DNA of 64,000 nucleotides from Basidiobolus meristosporus CBS 931.73 (Eukaryota; Fungi; Basidiobolomycota). Positions 62,108 to 64,000 of the stretch are shown piece by piece (positions within the stretch are counted from its first letter, which is position 1; the number at the start of each line of letters is the position of its first letter). Both the position numbers and the translations under genes were made by a program. The stretch spans positions 187,233 through 251,232 of the forward strand of contig MCFE01000016.1 in assembly GCA_002104905.1 (NCBI GenBank), written 5' to 3'. The notes beneath the pieces are model-generated. The model made no database searches. It was not told the DNA's origin and saw only the letters and a list, made by a program, of their open reading frames with translations.

Positions 62108-62634
62108 GGTTAGGGGGAGGAAAGTCACCAAGTGGTGAAATCTTTATTTACTTATGACAAGTATCTAAAGAAGCCAAGTTAATCTGAAGTAATTCCTAGA
62201 AAGCTAGGTCTGAGAGATATCTTCCTGGTAAGCCAGGTCTGAGAGTTGAGAAGCTGAGTGGTACTATATTTCCTAGTTAGCTAGGTCTGAGAGAGGTTTC
62301 CTGGAAAGCCAGGCCTGAGAAGTGAGAATCTGAATATATCTGAGCTAAGTTATACTGGTTTGCGGTAGCTGAATTGTGGCCGGAATGGCCAGTAGACTAG
62401 GGGAACTGAGATGAATTTCTGGGCAATCACTGGCCAAATTTACTAGGCAAATCTGACCAATTAGCATTTCAAGGATTTCAGCCAATCAGAGCCTTTACTT
62501 TGCCCGATGGTTGATCAAGCCATCTCCCAATGAGCACACGTCAATTTATTGATCAAATTTTGTTGGATCCAGGATTTGAACCCACAACCATGGGTATGGA
62601 AGGGTTAGGGATAACCACAAGGCTAAGTGTTCTT
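62108..62634 (-). mobile_element. Telomere-array unit 5: second SINE-like copy (527 bp)
   Basis: About 10-11 substitutions relative to unit 4 by eye; same ends. Confidence 0.75.
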
Positions 62635-62737
62635 GGTTAGGGTTAGGGGGGATGATCATCACCAAAGGGTGAAATCTTTATTTAAATAATAAATAAAGAA
62701 GCCAAGTTTGAATATGAATATCTGAGATGCAGGAAAC

Positions 62738-63538
62738 CTACAAGATAAACTTGGACTTTGCTGTATCCCAAATATCCTCAATATCAAAGTCTAGAGGAGA
62801 GTGTAGCAAGACTGCTTGTTCACTGTAGTATTTCTTGAGGAAGTTTGTGACTTGAAGGGAAGGAGAGTTTTTCAACAAGCTGGTAAATCTTTTGAGGAGT
62901 TCTTTTTCCAGAGAGAATGGCACAAAAAGTGGAATGTCCAAATGATGTCTGAATATAAGCTCTGAGAGCTCCCAATCCAGCATATTTTTGACTTCTTCTG
63001 TAAAATCTTCAACAATATCTTTGTCTAGAATAACTTCCAAGAGATCCCTGGCAATGTACTGAATGTTAATAATCTTAGGCATATGAATACCTAGGTCCTT
63101 GAGGTAGTTTCTTTGCTCTGATATTGGGAGATATCCTGCATTTCTGAAATAGCAAACAGCCCAGTTGGCAGTAGGAGGAGTATCAGGGCTGACAGGGAAT
63201 CTTCTTCTGGCTTTAGAGTGCACTGGCTTAGGAGACAGTCTTGATGGAAGGGCAGCTGGTTTTGGATGAGCTTGAAGTGCTTGGGAGTAGGTCTGAGTAC
63301 AAGTAGTAGAAGTTCCTGGTTGCTGAGAATTTTCAGATTGACTGGATGAAGAGCTAATTGAGGGGTTGCAAGGTAAGGAAGAAGCTGAAAGAGAAGTGGA
63401 GAGGGCTGGGTGAAGTTCAGAAAGAGTTTTGAAAAGAATTTGGATCTGAGATTTCAACATTGAGTTTTCAGATTCAAGAAGAGAAACTCTTTGTTCAAGG
63501 TAAGAAGTCTGTAAAGAGTGAAAGTTGGGTAAAGACAT
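62738..63538 (-). CDS. ORF1-like protein, 266 aa, paralog of 55552-56280
   Basis: LEQRVSLLESENSMLKSQIQIL; WAVCYFRN..PISEQR; RFTSLLKNSPS; WDTA. Confidence 0.85.
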   Translation of the reverse strand: MSLPNFHSLQTSYLEQRVSLLESENSMLKSQIQILFKTLSELHPALSTSLSASSLPCNPSISSSSSQSENSQQPGTSTTCTQTYSQALQAHPKPAALPSRLSPKPVHSKARRRFPVSPDTPPTANWAVCYFRNAGYLPISEQRNYLKDLGIHMPKIINIQYIARDLLEVILDKDIVEDFTEEVKNMLDWELSELIFRHHLDIPLFVPFSLEKELLKRFTSLLKNSPSLQVTNFLKKYYSEQAVLLHSPLDFDIEDIWDTAKSKFIL

Positions 63539-63584
63539 GGAAGTAGTAAATAAGAAGAAAGGAGTAGTTGGGGTGGGAGGGTGG

Positions 63585-63919
63585 GAAAATAGGTAAGAAG
63601 AAAAGAGAGGAAAGATCTGAAATTGAAAATCTCAGAATTTATAGATGGATGGACAAGGGTAGAGGATTGATTAATCCAGGGTTAGGGAAAAATAGGTAAG
63701 AAGAAAAGAGAGGAAAGATCTGAAATTGAAAATCTCAGAATTTATAGATGGATGGACAAGGGTAGAGGATTGATTAATCCAGGGTTAGGGAAAAATAGGT
63801 AAGAAGAAAAGAGAGGAAAGATCTGAAATTGAAAATCTCAGAATTTATAGATGGATGGACAAGGGTAGAGGATTGATTAATCCAGGGTTAGGGAAAAATA
63901 GGTAAGAAGAAAAGAGAGG
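63585..63919. repeat. 103-bp tandem monomers, 3 full + partial, each containing AGGGTTAGGG
   Basis: TAGGTAAG starts at 63590, 63693, 63796, 63899. Confidence 0.97.
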
Positions 63920-63989
63920 GTTAGGGGGAGGGAAAGTCACCAAGGTAGGTGAAATCTTTATTTGATTTCAGACAAGTCTAACTACAAAT
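63918..63989 (-). mobile_element. Telomere-array unit 7: 5'-truncated tail stub (~72 bp, type-B-like)
   Basis: GGGTTAGGGGGAGGGAAAGTCACC..AGACAAGTCTAACTACAAAT then TT-TTAGGG. Confidence 0.85.
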
Positions 63990-63991
63990 TT

Positions 63992-64000
63992 TTAGGGTTA
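63992..64000 (+). repeat. TTAGGG repeat running off the window end
   Basis: TTAGGGTTA at the terminus. Confidence 0.6.

Larger units (their letters stand above)
62635..63919 (-). mobile_element. Telomere-array unit 6: non-autonomous ORF1-only retroelement (type C)
   Basis: GGTTAGGGTTAGGG plus variant tail (TCACC-AAAG-GGTGA); single ORF; 103-bp monomers. Confidence 0.85.

Overview
Eukaryotic, fungal-type DNA: compact genes with ~60-80 nt GT-AG introns. The gene families resemble those of early-diverging fungi, but the taxon is only an inference. Bases 1-54.2 kb hold ordinary genes: GH17 glucanase, SWI1/ARID, a 7TM GPCR, a small secreted peptide, NUS1, two paralogous membrane proteins, CBS-PB1, F-box/LRR, GH15, a ~2470-aa acidic repeat protein, a cold-shock protein, SZRD1, an EFM3-like methyltransferase, kinesin-13 and a mitochondrial carrier. 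A nested Ty1/Copia island lies at 13.3-19.6 kb. From 55,416 to the window end is a head-to-tail array of seven retroelement units, all on the minus strand. Each is joined to the next by only 1-2 TTAGGG repeats, and all share one 3' tail (UGGCUUCUUU...AAUAAA, a UCACC/GGUGA hairpin, then CCCUAA; the two stubs carry only part of it). The array contains one APE-RT LINE whose ORF2 has no start codon and follows ORF1 in frame after UGA-CUA, two divergent ORF1-only elements with tandem 5' monomers, two copies of a tRNA-headed SINE-like unit, and two tail-only stubs. It starts abruptly inside a Copia gag. The arrangement resembles a fungal counterpart of the Drosophila HeT-A/TART/TAHRE telomere. Whether this is a true chromosome end, and whether the system is already described, cannot be determined from the window.
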